NCBI GenBank assembly: GCA_010909165.1
Contig: VJWM01000178.1
Span: 310,001-374,000, forward strand
Length of the DNA: 64,000 nucleotides
Direction: 5' to 3'
From: Anthoceros angustus
Taxonomy: Eukaryota; Plantae; Anthocerotophyta
Shown: piece by piece, positions 36,201 to 49,630 of the stretch
Layout of the letters: every line of letters starts with the position of its first letter
How positions within the stretch are numbered: position 1 is the stretch's first letter
The notes under the pieces: model-generated
The model's input: only the letters and a program-made list of their open reading frames with translations
What the model was told of the DNA's origin: nothing
Databases searched by the model: none
Translations under genes and position numbers: made by a program

Positions 36201-37336
36201 TATTCTAAAGAAAATGAGGGAAATCAACTCTAGAATTAATGGGCCAGACACTTTGACCAAAGCCTGTCTTGCAGCCAGATGCTTACCTTCGTGCTCTTTC
36301 CATAACTACTCCCTCTATCACATCCTCCTCGAGGGGAGAATACTGACTAATTGCCACAACATCACCCTGCAAGATGGAGAGATGAAGCAAAGCTTGAATA
36401 CTGCTCTCCCTTGACTGCCATGCAAAAAAGTGGAGTCACAGCACGGTTGATGCACTCACTTGTGAGAATTGATGATGTGGGCACAAGACGCCATCGCCAC
36501 GTGTTGAGAAAAATCGCAGGACACGCTCCCTGTAAGACCATGAACGCACTATGCATGGCAGGCAGCTTCAGACACTGAAGAACACCAGGGATAGCTGGCT
36601 AAGCACTGTTATCCCTACATCAAGACATCCCTTCGTCGCTCAGCATCTCTATCAAAAGTCCCAATTGCTACTCAGAACAAGAACGCCAGACAGGTGTGCT
36701 CCATCAGACCACACATCTTTGCCAAAAGCATCCTGACACAGCAGAGAGAACAATTTTCCTCACCGATACAAATTTCCGTCCGAGGACACTGACATATCAA
36801 AAAGTGCCAAGCCCTCGTCTTGTAGCCGTTGCTTTGACCAAGTCTGCAACCGCTCCTTCATAGCTAGCATTTCTTCAGACTGAAAAAGCCATGATGCAGT
36901 CAATTGTCAGATGGCACAAAGCTGTAATTGCGTCAAGGATCTCTGGCAGCCTACAAAATGCACCCCTAAGAGCTCACACCAGCTCATCTTGCAGAGCTTT
37001 GCAGAATCGGGCACGGTACGAGGCCAGAGCATGGCGCCGCAGCTCCTGCTTCCTGGCGCGCTGCCTTGTCCCACCGTCTTTCAGCAGATCTCCCACTTTT
37101 TGACTTTTCTTGCTAACAACCACGCGGGGTGAACGATTCCTGCGACCTCTTCGTTCGTAAAGCCATGAGCCCATCCCTGTTTCACCAGGAAGTACACCAA
37201 TTCTTCCGAGGTGCTTCCCCTCAGATGAAGGAAACAGCAACCTGTTACTGCTCATGAACACTGCGTCCATCGCCACCAGCTCGCTTCTGCGTCCCTTTCT
37301 CAAGCTTTGAGCTCCTCTGGCTTGCCCATGCTTCAT
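33238..37336 (-). CDS. Superfamily-1 UPF1/IGHMBP2(SMUBP-2)-like helicase, multi-exon; start approximate
   Basis: WQGPPGTGKTKT, QATEP, VLVGDPAQLPPTV, QYR|MHPAI, VKTVDGFQGREKE, RRMNVALTRAKRG. Confidence 0.85.
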
Positions 37337-37771
37337 GAACAGTGTTTGAGCTATCGGAGCGAAACGAACAGCTACAATAGGTGGGCATGTAGTTAACTTT
37401 GGAATTCCAAATTTCACAAAATACAGATGCGGGTAAGTACTTAATCTTGTCTAGGTTATATCGAACAGCTTAAAATTAATTACACTACCTACCACCATTT
37501 CTAGGTACGTATGTATATAACTATCTACTTTACAAATCCCAAGGTATGTGTGTGTGCAAATATTTAAGTTTCCATACTCACATACCAACATAGAGCGGTT
37601 TCATTGACGGCAAGGTTTTTGCCCCGACACATTATTCGAGTCTGCACTCGGTCTGCCGGTGAGGGTTGAGTTTGTTCTCGCTTCCTACGTGAGACCAGTT
37701 CAACTCGTGAATGCACTACATCTACAAATAATTGTCACCACCGCAACCATAATCGACCGTGTGCCGCCAGT

Positions 37772-40700
37772 TCAACGGAAACAAATAGAAACCAGTGGCA
37801 CATCCAGATCATTCCCCTCCTCGTCCTCGCAGGCAACCACGATATCAAAATGGCGCCTACTTGGAGCAATCTCAAGCTTCGCTACTTCCCTCGCCAAGTC
37901 CACCACCTTCTTTTCCATTCTCTCTCTGTGACTGGGAAACAGACTGCTGTACAGCAGGCTCTGTCCACATGAGATGCTGTAGGCAGACAACCCTCGGTCG
38001 TTAAACCAGCTCAGCAGCTGCCTCAACGACAAATCCCCTGTGATAACCCATCGGTCCCATATTGACCACGTCAGATCCTGATGCTTAAAAGTTTTGGGTT
38101 CTACAGGCTCAGCCATGGAGAAGAGTGGTAAAGCCAGATTTGCGAAGGTGTTACGATACTTGTCCACTTTGTGACCCAGTAGAACCTTGTACAGCTCTAG
38201 GCAGACCAGCCCTGTTGCCATCGCAGTGGTCGTAGCGATGGCAGGTATGATGCGACCTGCTATGAACTTTGCTTTCAGTTTATCAACCTCAGAAATACTG
38301 TAGTTCCTGGCCCGCATGTTTGCCAGACCAGCAATGAGATCCATATGGAAGTTTGCATCGTTATCCTGCAGCAGTCCCAAAAAGTGTTAAAGCTCAGCAA
38401 ACGCATGGGCACACAGCAATGGAAAGAACACGGATCTGCAGATAAGGACAAACCAAGGGTTGTAGCACTACCTTCTCAAACTGTATAGGGTTCAGGCGAA
38501 ACCCAGGCGACAGCCTTCCAGCTCCCGATTCAAGAGTCTTGACTAACTGCTCAATAACTGCCTCATCATCTATGGTGTTCACATTCATTGTAGTAGCCTT
38601 CTCATCTGTCTCAATCTTCACACCTGCCTTTGGTGAAAACTGTGGCAGCTTGATAGAGTCTGCAACCTCAGCTAATCGGGAAGGCGAATGAGCCCAATCA
38701 GGTGTAGGGATACCATAGACCTCTGCTCGGAGAATAGAGGCAGCAGCAACAAACGAGAGATATGCCACATCACTTGACGTAAACTCCAAAGCTCTGGGGA
38801 AACGTTTCGGGGCGGACCAAAACAGTGCCCCCGTACTGGTGGTAGCATCCTCAGGGAATGTGTAGGTTAGCTGCTTCACTCGATTTGAAAAGTAATCCTC
38901 AAACCTGCAGTAGAAAGTAGGTCAGACACTTGGGTCACCAGCATAGAAAAGAGTGCCAGATCAATAGACAATACCCACAAAATGCGGATGCAGCAATTGA
39001 ATGTCACAAAAGTCGAACCTTGCTCTGGCCCAATACACACAATCTTCAAAAGTGGCGCTTCTCTCTGTCACCAGGGCTGCAACAACTTGCTCCAACAGCT
39101 CTCGTGCTTGAGCATCACCAGCAGTCCTCATAGCCTTTACATACTCATCCGGAGCAGATAAGTAGGCATTTGCCTCAGTCGGTGTCTTCTCCAGTAAACC
39201 TTCAAACTCTGACCTTGCCCATGTAAGACAATGGTCAATATTGTGTGGGAAGGAGTGAAGAGTGCACATGGGGGCTTGCTTTTCTGGAGGATCTCTTGAT
39301 GCACCGTAATTCTCTGTCGCATTTGGAATCACCATCTGTGTGTTGCACTTGGTACCAAGGGTGCCAGATTCCAATAAAGGCTTCTGAAAATACACACACC
39401 TGGAGTCCACGTATAATCGGGCATTAACGTTGTCCAGGGCATTGATAACCACATCAAGATTTTCCCAAAATGCATCATCAAAAACATTTTCCGTTTCAGA
39501 ACTGACTCTGTTCTGCAAAGCTTCAATTCTCAGAGCTGGATTGATCGCCAATGCAGCAGTAGCAGCAACAGTGGACTTTGCCTGCCCAATGTTCCAATCC
39601 CGAAACAAAAACTGCCTGCTCAAATTGCTCTTTTCTATAACATCATCATCCGTCACTGTCAACTTCCCTTTTCCACATGCAACACCCATGAGTGCAAGAT
39701 TTTTCAGAAATTCGCACCCAAGGGCTCCTGCGCCGACAACAAAGACTTTTGCATTCTCAAGCTTCTGTTGCAGGTCCTTCCCAAAAACAGCAATTTGGGC
39801 ATCATATCGCGAACCTACAGGTTTCACATCTTCAGGAGAAAGGGGCTTCAGAGGAAGAGATTCCACAGAATCGAAGTAGAAAAACTGCAATCACGAGACA
39901 AGTTCTCATCGTAAGGCAGGAATCTGGAACATGCTAGCGCAGCTACAAGGACCCACCGGAAGAAAGTCATGCATGTACTTGAATCAAAAACAACTCACAT
40001 AGCTTTTCCAGACCAATATGAAACCGTACCTGATAAATGGGGTGAAATTTTCCAGAGGCAGCTTTTACAACCTCTTGACCAACAATTCCCCCAAACATGG
40101 CTGCCATGGGATTCAGCACAGCCCTTGACCCACTGGCAAAGTGCTTCAACACTGTTTCATCCAGAGACTCAAGCTTTTGCTCACCAGAAGCATCATTGAC
40201 ACTTTTGGCTATCTCAATAAACCTCAAGGCATCCTCCTCAGATGCAGGGAGTGGCAACCTTCCTGTCTTGCTCTGGAACGCGTCGAGTGCCTGGAACGCT
40301 ATGTGCAGCAAAGGTGGCCCATTGAACTTTGCATAGTCGCTCAAAAGAAATTCACCAGGACTGCTGAGTGCTTGCTTTAAGGGCTTGAAGGTTAGAACTT
40401 TGGGCTGCTTCACTTGCACCACAATGCCACCCTTCTCGTACCGCCCATAATTTGTGGTGTCTTCCTCTAGCTGAAACGAGTTCGGCCTTGCATTCCTGAT
40501 TCTCCTCGGTACTCCATCATTCAACTCCACCATTCCGTGCACCTCAGAGAAAACGACCAAATCTCCATCTTCAAATTCCAGCCTCTCATCATCCACACAT
40601 GATACAAGGGCAGGGTTATCATTGCTTATGGAAGCAATAATGCCAGAATGGGGTTCTTCGCCATCAGTATCAACCACAGTGAACGATGGACCAAAGTCGC

Positions 40701-42089
40701 AGAAAACAGACCCAAATACTCCACGGATTTCTGCCTTGATGAAAGGTATATGATGGGCATGACAGAAGGCATTATACTCAACAGCCTTTTCAAGTGTCAC
40801 ATCCGTGAAGACAACCACCTGCAGAATTGGCAACGGAAGTACAATTAAGTGAGAGAATTTAATCCTTTCAAAACAAAATGCAGGAATGGTATCTGGTAAG
40901 CATTCCAAGCCCACAGGCAATGCGCACCTGGAAATTCGAGAGGATCTCCTCTGAAAGCTCGCTTGTGTTTATTGAGACGGAAACAGCTACATTGAGCTCC
41001 TTGAGCTTGTCAGCACAAGCTATAGCCCTGTACTTACCCACGTCCGACTCTGAGAAGTAGAACTGTGCTGATAGATCCCATAGTTCAACCAATCCCGTAT
41101 CATGCAAGGTCACAGACTTGACTCCAGCCAAGATGATGTTCTTAGCTGCATGCAGTAAGTACACCCGAGAGTCAGAGTAAAGAGACTAGCAATCAAATTT
41201 TTGACAGATCATGTTTTGTTTGAATCAAGGAAACGTATCCAATACGTGCGCTGCCCAGGCTAAAGAACTAGTCAACAACACAGGAACTTGCAACACAATC
41301 AACTGAAAACCTTGCAATCACCGACCCAAAAAAACCCTCATCCCACGTGAGCTGCCAGAAAATGTCCTCCAGATATTCATGCATACAACACGCGCCCTCA
41401 AGGAAGAGGAAGAAGACATCACAGCGCAAACCACATGGTATGGAAATCGCTGAAGTTGTCTCAAATGACCACTCACTTCACACGAAATTGCAAAATCCAC
41501 GAACTGAGGGCGCTACGGATGGTGTATCCCACATCCACGCAAACAGATCAAGCACATCCCAGAACCCTAAATCGAACGAGACCTGGATTTGACCTAATTT
41601 TCCGAGGCGAGATGCGCATGGGGGTACCAGGCATGCTAGACGGCGCACTTTGGCACCAATTCCGTCATCTTGAAAAGCGGAATCGCCTCAGAGGTGCAAT
41701 TCACGTCTGCTGCAGGTGCCATGCAACAAGAGAGCGCACATTCGGGAAGGAGGTGTCGAAGGCAGAAAGCTGACCGATTTCGACCCCCAAGCCGCGTAAG
41801 CCAGAAACGAGCACGTTGGCACCGAAGAGGCGGCGCATTGTCTCGCGGCCGTAGACGGCCAGCTGCCGACTGTGAAGGTCTTCGTCGATTTCCACATCCT
41901 CGGCAGGAGAGGGGTGATGTCGGCAGCCATGGAGAGCACGCTGACGACCCGCCCCAACAGCAAATCTCGGCTGGCGCCCGCGCCTTCACCCCGCGGCCGC
42001 TTCACGTGATTCTCGGAGCGCGCTGCAGCCTCCTCGTCTTCCCCACCGCCGTTGCGTGCAATCCTTTTTCCGCCGGCCACCTCAGGCAT
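37772..42089 (-). CDS. UBA1: Ubiquitin-activating enzyme E1, multi-exon
   Basis: [55 protein letters not shown] (catalytic Cys), [28 protein letters not shown]. Confidence 0.96.
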
Positions 42090-42582
42090 AGTCACTTCTG
42101 GCCAAGGAGGGAGAAAGCTGCGTCCTGAGCCTGTGCCCAATACCGATGTGGGGGTTATAAAGCCCTGTATGTACAGCCAAGAGTAACACGGCTTCCCAGT
42201 AAATATTTAAAATTACCGCTCCCTCAGACCTCATCATCTTCCTAATCTTTACTTTACTGCTCCTAAATCCTCATCATCGTTACCTCTCAAGCTACCTAGA
42301 CTAAGCTACCTACACCATGTGGGGTGGTATGGCACGGTTCCAGCGCGCTACATTTTCCATTTGGGCGGACTAAAGTCTCCTTCCTTAGGCTTGGGGATGT
42401 GGAGAGTTGTTCTCAATGATCCAAAAGAGGATTCAAGAGTCTTTTCACTCCTATCGCCAAGGGCCGAGGAAACCTGTCGTAAAGACACAGTGCTCATCTC
42501 TAGACCTATCGAATGATATCTGTCTATGGATTCCAATGATGTTATCTATGGATTCTTGAGACCTTCCCACATCAGGGAATGG

Positions 42583-42732
42583 CCAAATGGACACACATTT
42601 ATAAGAACGTCGTGATTAACCATCTTGAGTTTAGATCGGTACTTAGATGGGGTGCCTAAAGGGAGTGGATGCCCTTGGTGCAAGTACCTTAGGCACACCA
42701 TGGTATAAGTTGTTAAGTACCAAGTCCCATGA
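42583..42732. repeat. Dispersed repeat, copy A left half
   Basis: CAAATGGACAC.CATTTATAAGAAC...CCTAAAGGGAGTGGATGCCCTTGGTGCAAGTA..TTAGGCACACCATGGTA.AAGTTGTTAAG.ACCAAGTCCCATG shared with 55636-55966. Confidence 0.85.
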
Positions 42733-43595
42733 TGCTCAAATAAAAAAATTTCTCCCAAAATCCCCACCCACCTATCCATACTTCCATCCATGGTACTTAA
42801 GACACCCATCATCCTCCAATATCTACTTCTGCCAATCCTTTTTATTTCTTTATTCGTACGCAATGCACGCTTTCACGACTGCATTACAAAAGGTTCTTAG
42901 GTGCGAGGTAGCCCCACTTGAGCAATCAGTTTACATGGGATGTTGCTTTCCTTTCACAACAACATGACTTTCCTTCAACTTAGGAGTCTTATCAAATCTT
43001 TCAGTGTTATTGTTATATATTACATAATGTACTTTTTTTAAGGAATAGAAAGGCTGAGCAGGCAAGAGTAGGAGAAACAGGGAGGCCAAGCCACCCAGCA
43101 AAGGGGTATGCTATAGAATGTAGTAACTGGGGTGGGGATATAGCTATCAACCGCGCACATCAGTCACACTTCAAAGACTTTAGGAATTTGAAAATTTAAC
43201 CCCAGAAGGACGAGGCTACTCAAATCGAGTTTTGGAGTGAGTTTTCAGAACTTACTGGATGAATATTATGAGCCACACATTGAGCAAAAGGTTGCCTTCC
43301 ATGTAAAACCATTTACTCTATCTCTTGGTATGTTTTAGTGGAAAATACCAATTTTGATTGGCAAAAACCTGAAAGAAACTTTCATAGAAACGCCCCCAAA
43401 GGCCACAAAATATTACAGGATATTTTGACGGTGTCCCCACGCCACGGGCACTCGGCATCACGTACACAAACTTTCACACATGGCCTCGGCCAATGTGTGT
43501 GACCAGCCAGTCACCACACACTTCTCCATGCCCCGGGCACTAAATGCCAGTCCCTTCCCGCCATCTATCTATAGTTGTGTTAATGGCTATATTTA

Positions 43596-43770
43596 TATTC
43601 ACTGATGCGGCTAAACCACCCTCTCCTCTATTATTCAACTCCTACACACAAGTGCCAACGACTTCATCACGCGTCATTACTGTAAGTATATTCATAGATG
43701 TGGCCAAATTGCCCTCTCCTCTACTATTCAACTTCTACACACAAGAGTCAATGGCTTTATCACGCATCTC
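43596..43770. repeat. ~93-bp tandem duplication
   Basis: ATATTCA..GATG.GGC.AAA...CCCTCTCCTCTA.TATTCAACT.CTACACACAAG present twice. Confidence 0.75.
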
Positions 43771-45370
43771 ATTTGTAGACACCTGATTACAATCTCTGCT
43801 CATAACCATTGTTTCACCAGCTACCTCCCACTTCCGACATAAACATGAAACGCTGGCCTCATAAACTCACTTCTCTCGCGCCATCCTCCCTTCTCCCTCA
43901 CTATGGGCAAAGGAATGAAGCTCCCGGTCCTGCCACCTCCTACTATATGCCACCAGCTCCTGATCGACAAGCTGTTGTAGACATTCTTTTGGCATAGGCC
44001 AAGGACCCTACTGGGAAGAGCAGCCTATGTTGGGGTTGTTGTTGCAATTTTATGTTACACTTCCAAATTGCAAAATGCTTAGTATCAATTAAATGTGGTT
44101 AGCAATAGCTAAGTGGATAAGCACAAGTAATATGCTTTAGCATATTCCTTGCATATTATAGTATATTCTTAGAAAAAAATTTCGGCATATGTTAATGCCA
44201 ATAAGATATCTTAGGAATATGCCGATGCCAAGGGTTAGTATATATAGAGCCTTTCATAGAGGACATGCTCAGATTATAACTTGTCTTCTAGATATGCAAT
44301 GCAAGAGTATTGTGAGGAGGCCAAAGCTATGACACCAGAGCAATGTGTGAGGAATTTGCATGTTGTTCTCGTGGGGGGAGTGCGATTGTGCCACGACATG
44401 CGAGCTACTTTCTCCTATTGTTACAAACTATGATCTGAGCTGTATGCTAGATAGGCGTGGTAGGATTGATAAGCTTGTTAGGCAAGTTAGGCGATGCTAG
44501 GCCATGCAAGGCTTAGTGTGTTAGGCTTATTAGGAGTGCTACTGTGCTAAGTGTGCTAGGCGAAGCTAGGCCGTACTAGGCTTAGTGTACCAGGCTTGCT
44601 AAGCATGCTAGGCTTGCTAAGGTGATGCTAGGCTATGCTTAGCTCTTAGGCAAGTAGGCAAGGGACCTTCTAAAGCCAAGGTGAACCTTGACGAGTGTAG
44701 GCACGCAACTCGTAGATACTTAGAGGTTTCATTAATCATGATCTAAGCAAGCGGAGTGTGTTAACCTTGATTAAGGGTTGTGACTTAGCCACTAACCACC
44801 ATGGAGTGCATGCTTGGACATACTCAATCCGGACGGAGCTACCAACCAACCAGTCCATTGTAGCGAATTTGAAGTCTCGACCAAGCGAGAGAAGTACGAA
44901 CACCTTGATTTTGGTACTAGTGAAGAATGTAGCAACTCAATCAACAATCTTTGAGGGATCTGAGAGTGGCAACATATAAGACACGTCGGTGCCATCGGGA
45001 CAACTCAACAGAAGCGAGAGCGAAGAGGACTTGTCTCTAGGAGTCGTCAAGATGGAGGAGACAATTGGATCGAATGGATTAGTTCACGGTACGAGCGGGC
45101 ACCTTGCCACTAGAGGACTTCATCGAGAAGTACGACGCGGTGTGTACGGATCGGAGATGGAATTGAAGACCGGATACACGAAGCGATACGGCTTCATTCA
45201 AATGCCGAAGTACTTGGGGGATGAAGCATTGGCGTGCTATCGGAGCACAAGGCGAGGTTGTTGAGCGGCACATCTGGAGGACCAGTGAGTAGTAGTTTGA
45301 GCTCCGTAGGAACCAATACATTTGCAGTAGAAACTAGGACACTACGGTAGGAACTAGTGCAGATGGAGAA

Positions 45371-46985
45371 ATGGCACCAAGTAGGCAAGATCTCATCGAA
45401 GAGATGTTTGACATCTTTCGGCTGGAGTTTCCTGCAAGCACGGATGAGAAGATCTTCGAGTTGACACACTTCAAGCTAAAGTCATGCGAGACTGCGAAGA
45501 TGGCTTACCGAAGAATCGACCAGTTGGTGCGTGACACGAAGATCATGAGTGACCGACTGGCTGCAGAGAAGTACTTGCAAGCATTGTCATCCCCGCTGCG
45601 CATGAAAGTGCAACAAGCAAGACAATAAGGGGCAACACTACACCACAAGGAAGTGTAGATGGGCGACAAGATAGGGCTGCCGACATTTTCTCTCGTCTTG
45701 CAGTGATCACTCCACCCCAAGCCGGAGTGGTGGACATGACCGACGCGGAGGTCAAAGTGGAGGAGCTTTGAGACAAGCCACCCACATAGCCCAAGTGACG
45801 AGCCCTACGTGAGGTGCCGAGGGATGCACCATTCCCTCATGAGTACGAGCATGCATTCGTAGGAGTCAAGGGTGAGGAGCAATGCCCCGGCTGTGGGAGG
45901 TACGAGCACAATGAAGCAGTGTGTTGGGAAAAGCATATGGAATTACGGCCTATGGGGTACCGAGCGGCAACCCCGGCTAATGCATGTGTTTCAACCTCAT
46001 CCACAAAATCAGCGAAGAGCAAAGGCACCGTGAAGGAGGCACCGGCGAAGTCCCATGGACAGAAGAAAAGGGAAGCATCAAAGAAGACGATGAACAGCGA
46101 CGTGGCACGCCTCGCAAAGCTGGAGAAGTTGGTGTGGAAGGCGAAGATCAAGGAGAGCAGCAGATCATCATTGAGGATGAAAAGATGAGCACAAGCTCAT
46201 CACAGCTCATCACGGATGAGAAGATCTTGAGTTGACACTTCAAGCTAAAGTCATGCGAGGCTGCGAAGATGGCTTATCAAGAATCGACCCGGTTAGTGCG
46301 TGTGGCGAAGATCATGGTGTGGGCTGATACTTGCAAGCATTGTCATCCCCGATGCGCATGAAAGTGCAACAAGCAGTGCAGAATACGAAGGGGCAACACT
46401 ACACCCTGAAGGAAGTGTACGAGATGGCTGACAAGATAGGGCCTGCTGACATTTTCTCTCGTGCTGTTGCAAGTGATCACTCCACCCCAAGCCGGAGTGG
46501 TGGACGACATGACCGACGCGGAGGTCAAAGTGGAGGAGCTTTGCGAGACAAGCCAGCCCACATAGCCCAAGTGACGAGCCCCTACGTGAGGTGCCGAGGG
46601 ACAGACCATTCCCCTCATGAGTACGAGCATGCATTCGTAGGAGTCAAGGGTGAGGAGCAATGCCCCGGCTGTGGGAGGTACGAGCACAATGAAGCAGTGT
46701 GTTGGGAAAAGCATATGGAATTACGGCCTATGGGGTACCGAGCAACCCGGCTAATGCATGTGTTTCAACCTCATCCACAAAATCAGCGAAGAGCAAAGGC
46801 ACCGTGAAGGAGGCACCGGCGAAGTCCCATGGACAGAAGAAAAGGGAAGCATCAAAGAAGACGATGAACAGCGACGTGGCACGCCTCGCAAAGCTGGAGA
46901 AGTTGGTGTGGAAGGCGAAGATCAAGGAGAGCAGCAGATCATCATTGGAGGATGAAAAAGATGAGCACAAGCTCATCACCACAAG
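45371..46985 (+). mobile_element. Retrotransposon gag-like fragment with CCHC zinc knuckle, tandemly duplicated (period ~772 bp), frameshifted
   Basis: FELTHFKLKSCETAKMAYRRIDQL..AEKYLQALSSPLRMKVQQA and CPGCGRYEHNEAVC (Cx2Cx4Hx4C) in both copies (45439-46210, 46211-46985); no pol seen. Confidence 0.7.
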
Positions 46986-47019
46986 CTCATCACATGGCAG
47001 GATGATATATCATCCTACC

Positions 47020-47192
47020 ATGTTGCCCATCACCCTCTCTAATGTCACTAAAGAGTTACGCATTAGGCTCTTGGAAAATGTTGCCCATTACCTTCTCTAA
47101 CATCACTAAATAGTAACGCATTAGCTTGAAAAATGCTGCCCATCACCTTCTCTAACGTCACTAAACAAAGCTTGGAAATGCTGCCCATCACA
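47020..47192. repeat. Minisatellite, ~45-58 bp x3.3
   Basis: ATG(T/C)TGCCCATCACC(C/T)TCTCTAA..TCACTAAA repeated. Confidence 0.85.
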
Positions 47193-47590
47193 CGCCAATC
47201 TCGTGGCCCGTGCTATCTGGAAGCTCAGAAGTGGTAGCGCTTCGGACCTTGTTGGTATCTGATTTGAATTCTGGGAATTGAATTGCAAGGCCTAGAGCGG
47301 CCTGACCCACCAACAGACCTCGCACTGGCATCCTTTGAGCCCTGCAATTGCCTCTCCAATCTTCCGATTCAAGGTTGTCAGGATATGGGTTAGGGACAGA
47401 GCACTGCTCAATTGCCACCTTCAAGCACCACGTCATATGAGCAAGGAGTTGTCGTGCATCGTCAATGCCATGAGCACCATCCAATTGGTCCAATTGGTTA
47501 GCAGCTCGGTGAGTTTTGCGATAGATAAAGACAAGATGCGCAACCTCTAAAGTAGATCTGGGCTCGTCTGTCGCTCATCAAGATAGGCCT

Positions 47591-47641
47591 TGACGGAAAT
47601 CCGTCCTTAGTGGACTTAAATAAAATTCTTATTCTTCTTTC
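47591..47641. repeat. Dispersed repeat, copy A right half
   Basis: GAAATCC.TCCTTAGTGGACTT.AATAAAATTCTT.TTCTTCTT shared with 55968-56010. Confidence 0.8.
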
Positions 47642-48272
47642 TTGATTACCTAATAGGGCGTAACACTTCTGCACAGGTATGTCTACCAACTAACTCACAT
47701 ACGAGAGATGAACATGTCCTTCGTATACTAACCTATAAATGTATTCTAGAGAAAAAGTTTTGGCCGTGGAAATGCCCAAGCTCGAGATGCCCTAATTAGC
47801 TTAGACTCGCGGCCAATCATTCATACGTTACAATTGCGAGGCACACACATAACGCTCAAGGTGCCCTTTGTAGCCTAGACTAACAATGGTCATCCATATG
47901 TTACAACCGCCAAGCATACACATAAGGCTGGAAATGTGCATGAAGTAGCAAAAATAGTGTATTTGTCGCTTCTACAAAAATAATAACTTACCTAGCCATG
48001 AAGCGAGCAAGGATTAAATAAAATATAAAATTATCCATAATATTATTAAAAAATAAACTTCAAAATTTGCCTAGAAGAACCCTTCACATCAAACTACAAG
48101 CCAAACTCTAAACGGCAAACCCTGAAAAATTTTATCCAAGTCGCAGATGCAAATGCCATGGACAATGTCCCAAGCCATCTCACGTCCTTCTATGGAAGTA
48201 GGTCCTTCTATGGAAGTAGGTCCGGTAGAAGTATGAGATCCTCATTAAGTATACACGATTTTTTTCCCACGT

Positions 48273-48447
48273 ATAATTTCTACTCTATTCACAGAGAAGG
48301 AGAGTATAATTTCTACTCTACTCACAGAGAAGGAGAATTACTGCTGGTCCTCGTGCAGTAGTACTACTCTATTCACAGAGAAGGAGAGTATAATTTCTAC
48401 TCTATTCACAGAGAACGAGAATTATTGCTGGTCCTCGCGAAGTAGTA
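48273..48447. repeat. Compound tandem repeat (33-bp unit within a larger ~85-bp duplication)
   Basis: ATAATTTCTACTCTATTCACAGAGAAGGAGAGT repeated; CTGGTCCTCG.G.AGTAGTA present twice. Confidence 0.8.
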
Positions 48448-49630
48448 TTATGACGGGCCACCACGACGGGCCACTATAGTCCCTTTTCTTGAAAAATCAA
48501 TAGACGGACCACTACAACGAGCCACCACAGTACCTTGACCTAAAACAAGAATGTAGAAAGGAATATAAAATTTTCATAAATATGCAAAGATGGGAAGTCG
48601 TATCCACACAGAGGGATGAAAACGTCCACTGGAGGGCCAGGCTAAGAAACTAGCTCTATGATTGTCTACACTGAACCTATCTGTCATCCCAACATCTTCT
48701 AGCCCTATCATTGTCTACCCGAAAGCTACCTACCACCCCAACCAACAAGATGTTATAATATGGAATGAGGAAGGGCATCATTCAGCTACATTCCAAGCCA
48801 GGCCACAACTTCTTCGTCTTTTCTTCGAATGAGAAAAGTGGTACCCAGGGAAACTCATCATCCCATGAAGAGTCCGAAAAAGCGTACCAAGATGGAGAAT
48901 GGACCTGGAGAAGGTCACGAAGAGGCTAACGTGCGCTGAAAAGCAAGGCGATGTAAACACGTTACTGGAAGAAAGCCATACGGTTGTTCCACCGTGTGGT
49001 GAAAAACCAGCCTAAAAATAGGGTTTGGTGTCGTTGCGGCGTGCAGAAAGCGGGGCATGCTCGCGGTGCGGATGGTGAGGTGAGAAATTACTCCCTTTTT
49101 AACGCGTAACCGAGCATCGTAACCATACAATCGTAATCGTACATTTGATGCTGCCACGTGCCAGGTGGCGACCGCGACACTTGTTCTGTTGAGAAATGAA
49201 GAAGCCACGATTCAAGTCCCTCCAGCTGCCGCCTGCATTCTCGCTCCCGCCAGCTCCAATGGCAGCCCACCGTAATCCTTAGATTTTTGGTTCTACCAAT
49301 TGCGGCTGCTATTTGCTATTTGTGGTTCCAGTTGTGAAATAGCAACAAGCATTTCAGTTGAGTTCCATCCCAAGACCAGCACCGTCTTCTGCCATTTCTA
49401 CTGTCGTCAAGTCAAGCAAGCTCCCTTTGGAAGTACAGCTCTGTTGCCACCTCCTGAGCATAGCTCCAGGCTTTCTGTGATCGTTGGGAGTACGGGGAGG
49501 GTGTCGGAAGTTTTCCAGCCTTCTTGTTTATTTGCTTCTTGAACCGTTGAATTTGCGTTCCCGGCAGTTGTTGCCCGGCCTTTGCTTCTCAGGAGCGGTG
49601 CTCGCCTCGTGCGGATACTACACTGGTGGA

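Noticed and set aside
48590-48625. AGTCGTATCCACACAGAGGG resembling a Gypsy LTR motif
   Set aside because: No second LTR, PBS or internal domain to support an element.
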